A DNA stretch of 64,000 bases from Phoronis australis. Lineage: Eukaryota > Animalia > Phoronida. Both the position numbers and the translations under genes were made by a program. The notes under the pieces are model-generated. The model was not told the origin of the DNA and ran no database searches. It worked only from the letters and a program-made list of their open reading frames with translations. Numbering within the stretch: position 1 is the first letter of the stretch; the number at the start of each line of letters is the position of its first letter. Shown one piece after another: positions 38,151 through 52,852 of the stretch. The stretch lies in assembly GCA_002633005.1 (NCBI GenBank), contig NMRA01000016.1:62001-126000 (forward strand). Direction: 5' to 3'.

Positions 38151-40598
38151 ATTAAACGCGACCGCGATATTCATCAGAGATCAAAAATTCACGCTTGCGT
38201 ACGCGATATGCTTCATTAGAGAACTTTGTCTACACGTTAAACGTGAACGCGACTGGATGGGGGTGTCACGATAACAGCAACTACCATAGTGGTGACAATT
38301 AGGAGTGGCCGCAACAGCGGGAGAGACACCGTGCAGTTCACTAAAAGACAGACGGATAAATACAGCTCGTTGGTGGCACGACTGCGACTAGCAAGTGTAG
38401 CAACTGGATAAAGAGTATTTCATTCGTCCTGATTTCAGAACCATGCATTTACTTCCGTTGAATATTGTCTGTTACTTTGAAATCAGGGACCCATACATGT
38501 AATTCTGACTGTTAACAGTAACGTGCAGGCGTTTACTGCCTGTGAAAAATCATGTTGACAGTCGTGGGGACAGGATAAGGACTCATTACCAGCAATACGT
38601 AAACAAGGTCATCCGCCAGGTTCTCTGCGTAAACTAGGTTATCGCTCATTGACCAATGAGCGCTTCACACTTCGCGTATCAAAAAGGCGGAGAGAACGGT
38701 AAGGACTGTTGTTATTGATTTTTTGCACATCGTAACCCGAAATTACCAAAAGGTCAAAGATATTCAGTTAAAAAGGAGAGACAAAACATTCCTCTGAAGT
38801 TCTCTGACCAAATTTAAAAAGTCACAACTCGTAAGCAAGTAAAAGCGGTCATTTTTATCGGTTGCCCTACATGTACATCGCACTACCGACCTCAGTCGAC
38901 TAGTTCTTCGCAATGCATTCATACAATTCTCAAAAATTCAACTTGTGATGACTCTTTTCAATTTAAAACCACCCACAATACTCTAAAAACAATTAATATG
39001 AGGTACAAAAACATTTTCTTACTCTGAAATGAATCTTGAACACAAATCAGGCATTGGGTTATACCTAAAATAGTTACATTGACTTCCAGTGCCTAATTTC
39101 AGTCCCATAGGCTCAAGTCTTAATCACTACTGAACGCCATGCTTGCTCTGTGCACAGCAATCAAAATGTTACATACAGTATAAGATAAACATTTATAAGT
39201 AAACTGGTGTGAAAATTATGAGTGATTTAACCAAAACCACTGATGATAGTCTGTGATAAAAAACTAAAGTCGAATGACAAAAATTGTCAATTTCAGGCAG
39301 CCTCATGTTAAATACAATTTTTGTCTAATTTTCTTCAGACTGACTTCCGTTGGACTTATCGGTAACTAACCGCTTTTGAAGGTCTCGGTCGAAAATGATC
39401 GTTTTCTTGCAAGCAGTTTCGACCATTTCACTAATCGAAGCCACAAATTAAGCCGAAAGTTTTGACCATACCATTTTAAACATTGAAATTCATCCGGTTT
39501 TGATGAAACTTTGCCACGTTTTTAATTCTAAATTCATATGTTATCTGCAAATGCGATTCCTTCACAAATAAGACCACCACGCGGTGTTTTCTGCGAATCC
39601 CTTGTATCCTGGATGGGGCTAACTGAATGATTTTCACGCATGCGCGGTTCATGGTTTCAATATTGCTGGTACTGTACGACCGTGGTTACATTTTTATATT
39701 CTGGCAAATCCCAGTTATAAAAATTCTGAAATGCTATTGACTACTTCGAATCTTAAGAATCAAAGCATTTCTCTCATTTGCGTTCATGAAATATTACCGA
39801 AATTGAGGTGTGTCGGCACGAAATATGGGTATACTATATCAGTGGCGGACCTAGCAAATAATAAGCGGGGTCCAGCATTTCGTCTCGCAAACAATCGCTC
39901 AAAGCACGGTTGTAGAAGCACAGCGCCGAATGGGGGCTGTAAAAACAAGCATTTTTGCTCTATTTCTAAAGTATTATCATACTGAGAATGTGTAAAATGG
40001 AAAATGCGAATGGTGCATGGACTCGAATTCAGGAGCTATTAGTCAGAGCGCGCGTGCTTTTCAGCTGCGCCACCACGCTTCCAACTAAACTGCTTTGCTA
40101 AGGGACATACTTGTTTATGGTCCACAGCGTTTGCGCGCGAGCCAGTTTCTTTCCGTAATGTTTAGCACGCATTATAATTTGCTTTTTTATCTTTGCGGCC
40201 GCCAAGGGGGGTGGCTAAGTCCACCTACGTAATTCTGTGGCACTTACAACCACCCAATTATTGTGGCTTTTCTGGGAAAAAATAGCAAGGCGAGGAGCGT
40301 CTAAGAACAAGTGTCCTATTTCAAACAATCAATTGAATAACACACCTGAGCTTGAAGCTACACCATCTCTTGGATAGTCAAACTTTCAAAAAACTTTAAA
40401 TAGTTGTATACGATCAATCGGCAATTAAAACTCACGTTTTGCACTTAAGTGAAATGGCTAATATTTGCGTTGTTTCCGCCCGTTTTACAAGAATTTAAGC
40501 AAAAATGTAAGTCAAAATTGTGATGTAGTAAGCAAAGAATATCGACCTCATATGTTTGCGTATAACGTACAAATCCTTTAAGTATTGGCATTTTCGTG

Positions 40599-41048
40599 TA
40601 GCACAAGGGCGGGAGTCAACAATAGATCAGACTTCAAAACCACTTGCCCGACTTATAACCAGCTGGTTGGTCTGCAAAACCCGCCAATGGCCGGTGTTTC
40701 AACTTGGTGGTCGGACGTCACAACGCAATGTCCGGTACCTCAAAGCCAGATGACTACACCCAAAAAACAGGTTGGCCAGACCTAAACTGGGTTGGCCAGT
40801 GCTCAAACACAATGATCGAAAGCGGGTCTCTGAGGCCGTCGTGTTTTATCACCGCCTAACCGATTATAGCACGGACCATCGTGTTTTGGATGCAGCCAAC
40901 TAGATTTTTTGGGTGAGGCCATCGCATTCTGAAGCCCGAACAACGAGTTTTATCACCGACTATTTGGTTCTACAGTCCAGCCTAGTGGTTATACTGTTGG
41001 GGCAAGTGGTTTTGAAGTCCGACCAATTGTTGGTTCCCGCTTGTAGCA
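40599..41048. mobile_element. MITE-like long inverted repeat
   Basis: GACTTCAAAACCACTTGCCC / GGGCAAGTGGTTTTGAAGTC arms with extended imperfect symmetry. Confidence 0.6.
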
Positions 41049-41509
41049 GTGAGCTTGTAAATTACAGATGCATACTCTTGGTTCTCTTAAGCTGGCATTC
41101 GAGAGACTGCTAATAATAATATGATGTCATTAGGTCAAATTGTGAGAGCGAAGGATGGCAGACGACTTGACACAATTTGGGGTTAAAAATTCCACAATTT
41201 TTGCATTCGACCATTAAAAACGGGAAAAGACAACGAAAATACGTAAAAACCGAACTGCTTGAAATGCATGGTAACCACCACGCAGGCAGTCCAGACCGTC
41301 TAACCTGACCCTAAATTTTGGAAAAATCTTTTCATTTTGGTTACTCACAATATCTAAAAAATGTTTACTATAGAGCCCAAATCACTTGGTCGATTGTTGA
41401 TATCGTTAATACTAATGCCCATCTTGTGCCAGAATTACTTCTTAAATGCTGTTTTTTGTTGACTGAAATTGAGTCACGAATTTCACGATTCCAGCAGCTC
41501 CTAATGTGA

Positions 41510-41640
41510 ACAGTTTTTTAGCTGAGGAGCTACAAACCTGACTCGAGCGTTTCGCAGCGTGACACAGTGGGACTCGAATCCACGACCTCGAGTAAAGAAA
41601 GCGGGCACCCATCACATTAGGCCACGCTGCTTCCTTCAAA
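41510..41640 (-). mobile_element. tRNA-derived SINE
   Basis: Minus strand: GCAGCGTGGCCTAATG...GGATTCGAGTCC...CTCGAGTCAGG. Confidence 0.65.
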
Positions 41641-42062
41641 TTTGACTTAAGATTTAAGACATAAACTTGGTCTCACGTTTCCACTTCACGGTTGATGAAT
41701 TAATGTTTGTCGCAATAATTTTGAGCGTCTCAGAGTCTAGAAATACTCAAGAGAAATTCTCGGTAACTAGCAATTACTTGCATTTTCTCAGAGGCTTTGC
41801 ACTTTCACTCAAGTGCGAGTTTGATTATTTTCAGAAGTAGTTATCTGGAGCGTTGTTCCAATTTTTGAGTAACTTAAAAAAGCGAACTCCTCAGTGTTTC
41901 TCATACTACATTTATACTCAAGCACAGAATAATGTCTTTAGTTTGCACAAAAGCGAAACGGAAAAGTCGAAAATAATATCGTATTTGATTTCAAGTAGAA
42001 TTATTAGATTCCGGGCACAAGTATTCCTGCAAATCAGTGTTTCATATGATCCCATTCTACAG

Positions 42063-42145
42063 AACTTCTGAATATTTGGATCAGAAAACCTGTCTGCTCC
42101 GGAACTGTGCAGATTTATCAAATATTCTTATTTTACACTGCTGAG
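42063..42145 (+). CDS. Candidate pro-domain exon of copy 2
   Basis: ctacag|...|gtgaga; open in phase 1-0 and compatible with exon 43254, but no recognisable pro-domain motif. Confidence 0.25.
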
Positions 42146-43253
42146 GTGAGAACATTTTGTACTTACTAACGAACACCATTAAAGAGGTGTGGAATGCAGA
42201 AGCTCCTTAAAAATATCTTTTAAATAATTCCTGACGATAGTACAATCTGGTAACGACTAGTTCAGAGCAATTCACTTTCCCCTGTGTGGAAATATCAGAA
42301 GTCGCGAAACTCGCTATTGAAGTACGCGCGAAGGAAAAACTGTGGTTACCACACAGTTTGTAATCTCCCGACCACTTATGATAAATGACCGCGTGCGCTC
42401 ACAATCAGTTGCTTGAAGTCGCTTGAGGTCAAAGTTCACATTTTTCATATAAGGGAAATGTGCTACGTCTATATCTTGCCACACCAAATAAGGAGACGTG
42501 CTTTGCCTTGTGAAAGAAAAAAATCCACGACATGGCGAGTAGTTGACATTTTTTTGAAATTTGAAACTAAAACAAAATGCTTCGATATCGCCAGAAATTA
42601 AAAGTCCTGACGAATGAACCCTAAAATACAGTAACTTGTGAACAGGTTGAATTTTGTTTCAGTGGAAGAGAACCACTTTTGATAATGCGATAGTGTCTGT
42701 TTATCGCGTTACAGGACTTTTTAAATAAGTCTGAAATGTCCTCAAATAAAATGAATCTGTGGAAGATTTCAGTGGAAATTAGTTATCGATAGCATGATTA
42801 AGACGGCCAATGTACCGCAGCAAAGTATTGAACAACCTGCTTACCTCGGTGCCATTCAATGTTTACATGTAGATTGATAATTCAGAAGAAGTTGGCAGTG
42901 AAAAAATGAAAACCTTGAGCAAACGACCCTTACTTCCATGAACCTGCTGAACTGCCATGGCAACTAGTTTTCATCGCTATTAGAACAATTTAGACCATAA
43001 TCGAGTTGATGACGCTTTGTCTCCGTCCACCGTAGTTGGCATAAACTACAACCATCACCAAATTTGGTTGCAGCGCCCACACGTGAGAGTAAAGCGCCCT
43101 AGGCACGCAATAGCAACAGGCAAAATGGTTCCACGGAAGTCATAGAGATTTCTCTGGTAAGGTTGATCGTGAAAATGCGACTGAAACAGTCACGCCGCTA
43201 CGGAAACAATGAGGCAAATGTGACGTTTATTGCATTGTTGTTTTGTCTTCCAG

Positions 43254-43344
43254 GTAGGGAGGTTTAAACGCAAAGTTTCTGGTCGACTATGGGAAAATGC
43301 TAAAGTTCCTTACAGATTTGAAACAACACCTGGCAAAAATTGGG
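43254..43344 (+). CDS. Copy 2 exon with furin site and start of the mature protease
   Basis: VGRFKR/KVSGRLWENAKVPYRFETTPGKNW (RxKR followed by W..xxVPY). Confidence 0.88.
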
Positions 43345-46300
43345 GTAGGGATCAAAGAGCTTTGTTTACGTAATTTTAATCACAGAATACGTGGTGTGGT
43401 GTTGCAGTGGCTGTTCACATGTTTATGTTTACCTTGACCAACCTTCAACCAACGTCGTTAACGGTTAGCAATTTAAAACTCGTTTTTGAGCTTGAACCAT
43501 TTTGATATTCTTAGTATTATTTCCAGTAGGTCGCATAAATAGTTTCTTCCTGGAATTATGGACTTGTTTTTAATATTAGTTTTGACCAAGTGAGATTTTT
43601 GTTATAGGAAGTTACCAAGAGGAAGGTGAGGGAATCGTAAAGGCAGCACTTGCTCTCATACAAAAGCAAACGTGTCTTAAGTTTAACTTGGTGGAGGAAG
43701 GTTACAACAGCCACCACTTGATCTTCAGGAACGGTAACGGGTAATAATTTGTCCCCGCTAAAAGTTTATCCTATGTCTGACCGTGTATTAGTGGTTCGGA
43801 TTACACGTGGAATACGTGTTTTAACGATGTCTCAAACCTTACTCACAAAAAGTGTTGTACAATATTTCACAAATGTGTGGCAAAATACCGTATCTTCGTT
43901 CTCGGGGAAATTCAAATGCGAAATATATACTGTTTAGCAAGAAAATAAAATTAGTACCACCACGTTCAACAGTGTGACAATTTATGTACTACTTATCCGA
44001 GGTAATGGTTAGTGCGCTGTCACTTAAATCAAATCTCCAGGAGACAGGCGTAGAGCAGTTCCGTATGTACCCCTCAGTCCTTTCATTCACCGAGTTGACA
44101 TAGTGTTGAGTCAACGAGGTGTACATACCATAGATACATGTAGATGCCGCGTAAACGTAGCTAAAAGTTTTCATCCTGAGGGAGTTGTACGTCTGCATAC
44201 AAAGGACCGTTGACAACGAATCCGTCGAGTCCGAGTCGCTGAACTGCCCCTGTGACTTACAGTAATGTTCACCAACACAGAAAGCTGTTACAAAGATGGA
44301 TCCACCCCGACATTTACTGTAATGCATGTATGGTATTGGTCGATAATTTGAAATTTCGCTGTTTTAATATCGTGCTGACGACGCTCTTTAAACACCGACT
44401 CGAATTCTCTTGTCCATTTCGTACTTGATTTCTTGATATTATTCTCCCGGCGCGTGGTGTGTATACAATGAGGTGTTAGCCTACTTTGTGCTGGCTCCGC
44501 CTTCTGACCTAGTTAAACCCCACGTACACAGTTAAAACGTTTTAGTGATAATTAAGTTAACTGCACACTGAAAGTTCAGTTGACATTCAGAGTGAATGTT
44601 GAAATAGCGAACATGGTTAAGGCATGTATAGGTTTTCTTGACCGAAAACAAGTTTTCACCGCATTCACTGCTCACTACATAATTTTCTTTTTGTCTTGTT
44701 TTCGCCAAATCGTCTTAATTTGAACTTAGGAAAACAAGTTCTCAAAAACAGCTCAGTGGAATTAATATTTACTCATCATTCTCAGAAACTCTTTTAGGTT
44801 TTTTGGTATAAAGTCATGGTCTCCCTAATGTAACAAAAACGAATGAGACAGCTATTTTTTACAAAAATACCTTACGTTCTGCGAATTGATCTATCGCAAA
44901 AACCAAACTAAGAGACTAATCGAAAATTCCTGACACAGTTCTTAAGTTAACTGTTTTTTAAATCGACAGAGGTGTTATTTTACTACGAATATAACTTTCT
45001 TTAAAATGAAATATTGGCTCTAAAGAGAATGTAATGGCACATAAATATATAATTCATATCCCTGGTCATTTTTCTTTCAGAAAATATATACTTTTACTAG
45101 TTGACAAAGCCTGGTTTTTGATAAATGAGATATCCTTAGAATTTGATCCTTTCGTTTGGATAAAATTTTTCTCTCAAATTTCGTTGCAGAACTCGAAATC
45201 ACGTTTCTTCTCAGAGATCAACTTAACAGTGACATCAAGCAAGATGTTGATTGGACAACAATCATGTTATTAATGTTGTTTTTCTCAAACGAAGTTAAGG
45301 AGCTGTGATTTCTTCTTGACAACTCTAACCAACCTCAGTAAAGAGCAAAAATTAATGTTTTTAAGGGTAAAAAGTTAGCAATAAGCCGAAGATAACAGAA
45401 ATGGATGAAGAGTTCACGGTAGTTTTTGTAACTCTTTTAATGGTAATCACGGTTATCTCAAATTTATTTAATGGCCTCCATTCTAACTGGTATATAAAAA
45501 ACTATGCTTTGTCAAATTAGAAAAAATGTCTTAGAGAACTCGTGACCGTAAAGTAGAATTAAGTCGATTTGCCGAAGCCGAGAAAAAAGCCGATTAAACT
45601 GTGTGAAGTGAAAGTCTCGAGGTCTTCAGTTATTTGCTCAGTGAGAACTTGTTTTGGTCGGTATAACCTATTCATGCCTTAACCATGATAGCTATTTCAA
45701 CATTCACGCGAAATGTCAGCTGAATTTACAGTGATTAATTAACTTAATTATCACAAAAACATTTACTCAGCCATGTCGATTTCCAATGCATCGAGGAAAA
45801 TTTAAAAACTCTTTCCAAAGTCAGCTAAACGGATAAGCGGGACTTAGGCTTTTAGGGAATTACACAACTCTGGCAAAAGTCCGTCCTCCAACAACCATAA
45901 TATCCACTCTGTGACATAAGGACTAGGAGTTTTACCTGATTCCTGCTTTCATCTTTCAAGATTGACAGCCATCGATGCATGAGCAACTGACAGAACGAGG
46001 ATTGGTGGAAATCATCAAAACTGGATTTAGAGTCCTTTTAAGATTGTCATACGAGTCATAAGCAAACATTTCACGTTTAAAAAATAATTGCAGGTGGTCT
46101 GATACACGTTGTATCAGACGTGGGCCCATGTCACTGATCACCTGGAAATATTTTTGTGCTAAGGAGCTAGAAACCTGGCTCAAGGGTTTATCAGTGTGTC
46201 CTGGTGGGACTTGAACCCACGACCTCGAGTAAAGAAAGCGGGCACTTATCAACCTGGCCACACTGCCTCCTCAACACTTCACGTTCATGTTACTACAGAT

Positions 46301-49300
46301 TACTTAGTTGATTTGTGTACTCGCTTGAGGCGATTTGGAGGACTTGATGTTTTCAGGTGCATTTCAAGTATTGGCCGTAAGGCGCCAAAAGGCCAGTTTG
46401 TGAGACTGCTGCATAGAAGCAAGAGCCACACATGCATTCGGGTGAGTGGACGCATCTGCTTGACAGTGTGAGCACTAACACCTTCGGTCTCACTTAACTG
46501 TATCATTCACACACTCTCTGGACGTAAATGGATATAATTTCAATTTCCAACTGCCAAATAAACGCACAAAATTGACGGTGATGTACCAGAACCTAAACCA
46601 CCCGCCGAAGTGAATAACAGCCGTCTCAAACATGACGGGCACTCGCTCATGTGTAATGATGTTTCTGCAGAAGGCCCGTGCACTTTTTACCAATTTTTTT
46701 GAAAAATTGATCATAGCATATAAGGCAAACACAAACTGAATTGAAAGTTACGAAATGTTTGTATGCAAGAGAAACACTGGCTTTCGACTGACGAGACTCA
46801 TTGTATGCTGGTGATATTTAACGGAAACTTAGAGTAAATGTTTCCTCGTGTTCTCCTACTTGACGTTTGCTGTTTTGCCTGTCTTGCAGGAAGGTGCCGT
46901 CGTGCACGAGGTGCTGCACGCTCTCGGTCTGGTCCACGAGCAGACCAGAAGTGACCGCGACGACTACGTGTCGATTAACTTCGACAACATTCGACCGGAG
47001 GGCCACTCTGAGTACCGTAAATCGAAAACGAAGAACGTACAGCCTTATGACGTGAATAGCTTGATGCATTATGGTGTGAAGGTGACCCTTTATTTTAATG
47101 GAGACTTGATCGCATTATTGCCCATAAAAGCGGCCAGTTACCTGGAGATCGTTTCAGAGTCCACTATCTTGCGAGAAAATGAATTTTTCACAAGACCTCG
47201 CAAAATCACTTGAGGGATAAACGAGCAACTTGAGAGTTTGCTCAGTAGCATACTAGAACATCCAAGCAAAATGGCGGCCACTGGCTTGCTTGGTCGGTGA
47301 GATTGGAATGTTTTAAACATTCCAAACTGTTGGATTGAATTCACTGTATCCGTTTCATAACTTAAGTTTTTTGCTACAAATGAACTTAAATGGCACGCGT
47401 CTACGGAATGCGCGCATACCGCATACCTTCCATCAAGGAGCCTATTTTTTATTTAGATAACTTACGGTGTCAAGTTGTCTGACCTCAGTCAATATAACTT
47501 TGGTTTCTGCGCCTGATAGTTCGTTAATGCGCGAGACTAAATTGTACAGTTTGACTTGTCGTTTTATTTCCCGAACGTGGTCTCCAGCAATAACGAACGG
47601 TCAGTTCTTTGCAAAAACCAAAATATCGCTTCTCATCTGAGTACAGAACAAGTTGACCGCGATTTTATAATGGCAAGTGGTCCAAATCAAGAGTCAGTAT
47701 GTAGCCGCTTTAACGGATATGCAGTGACAATACCTCGCTCAATATCAAACAAGATATTGCTTTGAGATACATGTCAACGCACCGTTGTTTTGATCAAGAT
47801 AAAAACTCATTTCAAAACCTTCTAAATCATCAAGCGTGATCAGCGTTTCGAATTGCTTGGCGCCTATTGGAAATCTTTAGCACGACCGAAACTATACTGT
47901 ATTATTACCATAGCAGTAACTATACAGCTACAATGTGTACTGACTCAAGTTAGTCATAGAAATGGCGTCCAGGAACTTAACAACTAACGCTACCCCTCCC
48001 GTCTCAATATTTTTTTATTTTTATTCCACGTCGATGTTCGCTGGATAACGGCAATACATTTATCATCTAACTGTCCGCATTCTGCTCTGTTGTTAGATGG
48101 TAATAAATGTGCAGCGCGGAAGCAGCAGCTATCAGGCAGTCACTCCTGTGATTATCTAGTATTTTTGGTTTGCTCTTGCTGTGGGTATGAAAAAGGCTAA
48201 CGATCCACTTTGATTCAAATTTTTAACGATAAAGTAAGCCATGGTATAATGTCTAAGTTCAGATATCGTGTTTCAGAAAGGTCCACTCGGATTTGTGTGT
48301 CCACTGTTCTCAAAAAACGCTGTGAGGAATTGTTTATACTTTTTCACGAGAGGCTATTAAAATTGACTTTTTATGAAACAACTTAATATTGCATCCAACA
48401 GCCACGAAATGATAGTTCCATCGTTGCCTTGCAATGCTATGAATATACGTGTATCTCTTTTCTTTAAATTTCATAAAGAAAGGTCACGTGACGTAAGTAA
48501 TAGTAGTTTGATATCAAATTAAAAATCAAAGTCTGCAGGCACTCAAAAAATATGTATTTTCAAAAAAAATTTTTCTAATTTTCTAGATATTTGGCTAAAT
48601 ACAAAGACTTTTCGAAAAAGTCCCACATAAGTGTTTTCGTCTATAAAGCGCGTTTAGCTCTCTGGGTTATGGAATAACAAGCCACAGAACCAGTATCCTT
48701 ATCATTGAGCGAACCAGGCCTGCGGTCCGTGGACCCCAGTGCCCGGTTGTATGAAACAGTCCCAGATAGAGACTCAACTAAAGTCCCTAAGTCTACTGCG
48801 TAATTTCTGGCTTGTGAAAACACTGCTTGTCCTATCTTATGCTGTTTCAGTATCATTACATTGTCAATTTTTGGTTTTGATACATATCGAGCGTGAAATC
48901 CAGATTGAATTCTAAATATTATTGATAATAAGTAGGGATCTTTTCATGCAACGCCCCCAATTTAAGGGCTAAATCCCTAACTGTTTTGATTGAGTTAAAG
49001 GCTCAGTTTTTAGTTATATTATTAGAAAATGTCATTAATCAAAGAAGAGCTCATAAGAAAGTTAAAATTATAGAAAAAATATTACATCTGTGCCTAAAAA
49101 CAAAACAAATACGAAAAAGATTTAGGGAACTTAGCTGAGTCCCTATTTGGGACTTTTTCATGCAACCGGGCACTGAGTACCGAAAGAGCAAGCCAGTCTT
49201 CGAAAGGTGTTGCCGCACACGTGACCACGATTATTCTCGCGTCGATGGGGCGCCACCCTGGGCACAGCACGTCAAAGCTGTACCCTAATGTAACGTGGAC

Positions 49301-52300
49301 GATTTCAACCGATAACATATGGTACAATGTACAAATCAGGAGCTGCGCAGCACTGAAATAAGTGGGGTGACCATAGTCCCCAGCCCCCATGGTTTGCCGC
49401 AAATTCAATTGATACTGATTTTTCAGGAATTCAGAATAAATTACAAAAAGCCTACCATTACTGTCAAAGCCAAGCTCCTAGAAAGGCTTATCGGAAACCG
49501 CAAAGCGATGTCCTATTACGACGTGAAGACATTGAACATAATGTACAACTGTTCAGGTTCGTTCCATTTGTTTGCCGTCCCTTTAATGGAAGCCCAATCT
49601 GCTGCTGTGACTCTAAACGTGTTTTCCTCACGCAATTTGGAGGTATAGTGGTGACGTATCTGCCACTATTATGACGCGATTTTGACTCACAGATAAGAAT
49701 ACAAATGCACAATCATACCACATTTTCAAAAATTGTGCAGAGCCACGGGGGTAAATTTAGCTTGTGAAATGTTTATAACGCTTTGTGTTTAGTTCAGTTA
49801 GTGTTTTCCGACAACGGTTGCACCATTTATATGCCACTCGGGAGATGAGAATTATTAAGATTGACCAGGTCCATAGCTACAGTTCATGTAGGTAATAATT
49901 TTGGACGTGCTTAGTAATCTGACTTACGCAATATTGTTTTTTAATTTTGGCATTTCAGTTTTATTTGATTCGGGTTTCAAAAGTTCAAAATGTCGTAAAA
50001 CTAGACAAGCGAACAGTGTTTAGTATCTAGGCCTGGTCACGTGTAGCAGCTACAGAACCTTGCTCGGGAATTTACTTCAAAGATCAATCATATTAGGCTA
50101 AATTTGAAAGTTCATTCTAAGGGCGAATCATGAGAGTCATGATTTTACTCAAAGTGGCTAAACACATTAGTCATGTGAGCTCAGTTTTTATCCTCGGCCG
50201 AAATCAGGACATCATCGACTATTCCCCTCTAGTTACGTGACCTGGGTTCCAGTGTGTCAGTTCAGGAACTATTCCTTTGATTTTCAGTTATCAGGGCAAA
50301 AATGTTTTAAGACGTGAAAAAAATGCAATATACACCTTTGCTGTCTAAAAATAAAAATTCCTCTCCGCAAACGAGGAAGCGGAGGAGTGTAGTGAATTGT
50401 AATTAATGAGCTGAATGTCGGCAATGGTAAATGCTGCAATTTTAGAAGCAGGACGCAATATTTTTTAATCCCTTTGTCACAAGAATTTCACTGATTCAAC
50501 ACCGGGCTGCTAATTAAGGTGTTCTTCTTTTGCGCTGTAGAACTCAGGTGTCCGCGCAGGCCAGGCAGTCGGGTCTACTGAATACTATCTTAATACGAAT
50601 GCTTCTGGCTGAATGTGAATTATTCTTTTTACTTTAAACGCATTAATACTTATACCATACCATTTGGCTCCATTGCAAGTTTTCTTTCTGAAGTTAACTG
50701 GTATTGTGTTATTCATTGCTGACCGTCAGACTCCCAGGAGTAACGGGAGTCGCAGGAGACCACCGGTACCTTAGTTTCATTCTAAATTTATTTTCTATAC
50801 TGTCGCAAATTTGATCTCCAAGATATTCTAACTGTATAGCAGTTTAATTCAATTATTTTATATTGCATGTTCGTTGTTATATTTGTAGTATTTGTTTAGA
50901 AGAGTTAATTACACCCAATAAAACACGCCTAGAGGTCGACATACATGTAGTCGGGGCTTTGTTATGCATTCCTTGGCACAGGACTGTGACTGGTCCGTAA
51001 TTTTATACAAGTGTCTCAAACTATGCATACGCCATTGATGATTTGAACCATTTATTCCGATAAAACAGCTGGGACGGCGGCATTCGCCTTTTGCCAGTGC
51101 TGGCCTCGGTCCTCACACCGCCCCATTTCATCGACAATTTCAATACAAATTTTCTCTATTTTGGTTTCATTAAAGTTAAGGTCCGCAGTCAATTGTTTTA
51201 CAACCTTTTGCAGGCTTCCAACAGGCAATGCTCCAGTCGCACAGCCGGCGTTCTTAAGCCTGGGTTCCTGAATGAATCACAATTGTTGGAGAAGCATGTT
51301 CACAAAACACTTTAATTCATTTTTGACTGAGCATGACTTAGTAGTTGCCTCTCAGTCAGGGGTTCAGAAGTGAGTCTTCTCTGAAACTGCCCTCATTTAT
51401 GTTCTTAACGGCTGGGCTCAGGGTGTGGATAGTACTCATAACGTTGGTGTAGTATGTTTGGATTAAGGCTTTTGATCTTGTTCATCACAATATACTTTTA
51501 AGTATACTAAACTCTTAATTTACAAGGTTGCCAAGGTTTCGCTAGACTGGTGTCAATCATACCTCTCAGAGAGGTGCCAGGTTGTATCCCTTGTTGGATG
51601 TCTGTCTGAGTCCCGAGGTATCACACACGGTGTCCCCCAGGATCCATCCTGGGACCTCTGCTGTTTTCACGTTTTTATAAATGATCTCTCCTTAGTCTGC
51701 GAAAACACTGTTGACATGTATGCAAATGATACTACTTCGTCAGTTGTGCCAGACTTACTGGTGGCTGTGAAGAACAGACTCCAGTCTGATTTGGATATAG
51801 TTGCTACCTGGTATGTTGATAACAAAATGGTAATCAATGCTTAAAAAACAAAATGTATGAGTATTGCCTCAGAGCAACGTCATAGTAGAGGTGACCTTGA
51901 ACTTAATTTGGCTATTTCGGGTTTACAGCTCAAACAGGTTGACAGTGAGCAGTTAATCGGTATGGCTTTTGACAAGACCCTTAGCTGGTCTAGTTATCCT
52001 AGTGGAACTGTGTCCAAAATTAGACAGCGTCTTAATGGTCTCTAACGTATATCGCCATTTCTTTCCACAGAAGTGCGTCTGCAATATTTCAGCGCTTGTG
52101 TATTTCCTCTGTTTTTTACAGTGTGGTGCAAAATTGGTTTCCTGGCTATTGAAGGCTCAAAAGCAGGCGGCCAGAATTATTCTAGATGTAGCTTTCAATA
52201 TTCCATCAACTCATGTTTGACACACTGTGTGGTTCCCTCTTAACAAATATTTATATTTAGGCGTTTGTGTATGATGCATAAGTGTTTTCACACTAATGTA

Positions 52301-52820
52301 CCAATTTATTTATCTCGTACCCTATTAATTGTTCGAAATAGCCACCAGATTAGCACAAGATTTTCTACTTCAAACAAATTGTTTTGCCTAAACACAGAAC
52401 TTCGTTTTACTCTAAGTCCTTTTTACTGAGGAAATTCAACAGTGGTACGGTGTGCCAAATAGTCTAAAGGAGGGTGATAGTTATGATAACTTCAGATTCA
52501 AACTCATCAGTTATCTGTGGTCATCAAAACTGTCCCTCCCTTCGTAACTTCAATGAATATACCATGAAAAAGTTTTTAAAGTTTTAATATAATTTATTTA
52601 TTTATTTAATTTATCTATATTTTTAATTCAGTCTGTAAAATCAGTTTGTAAAATATTCATTTTATTTCAATGTAACTTAATTTAACCTATTTATCTATCA
52701 TAATTTTTTTAATATATTTTTGCTGTAGATGACCATGGTGTGCATTAGCCTTTGGCTAAAGCATGTTTTTATATTTATTGTATTTTATCCTTTATGAATA
52801 AAGTTTTATTATTATTATTA

Positions 52821-52852
<32 letters not shown>
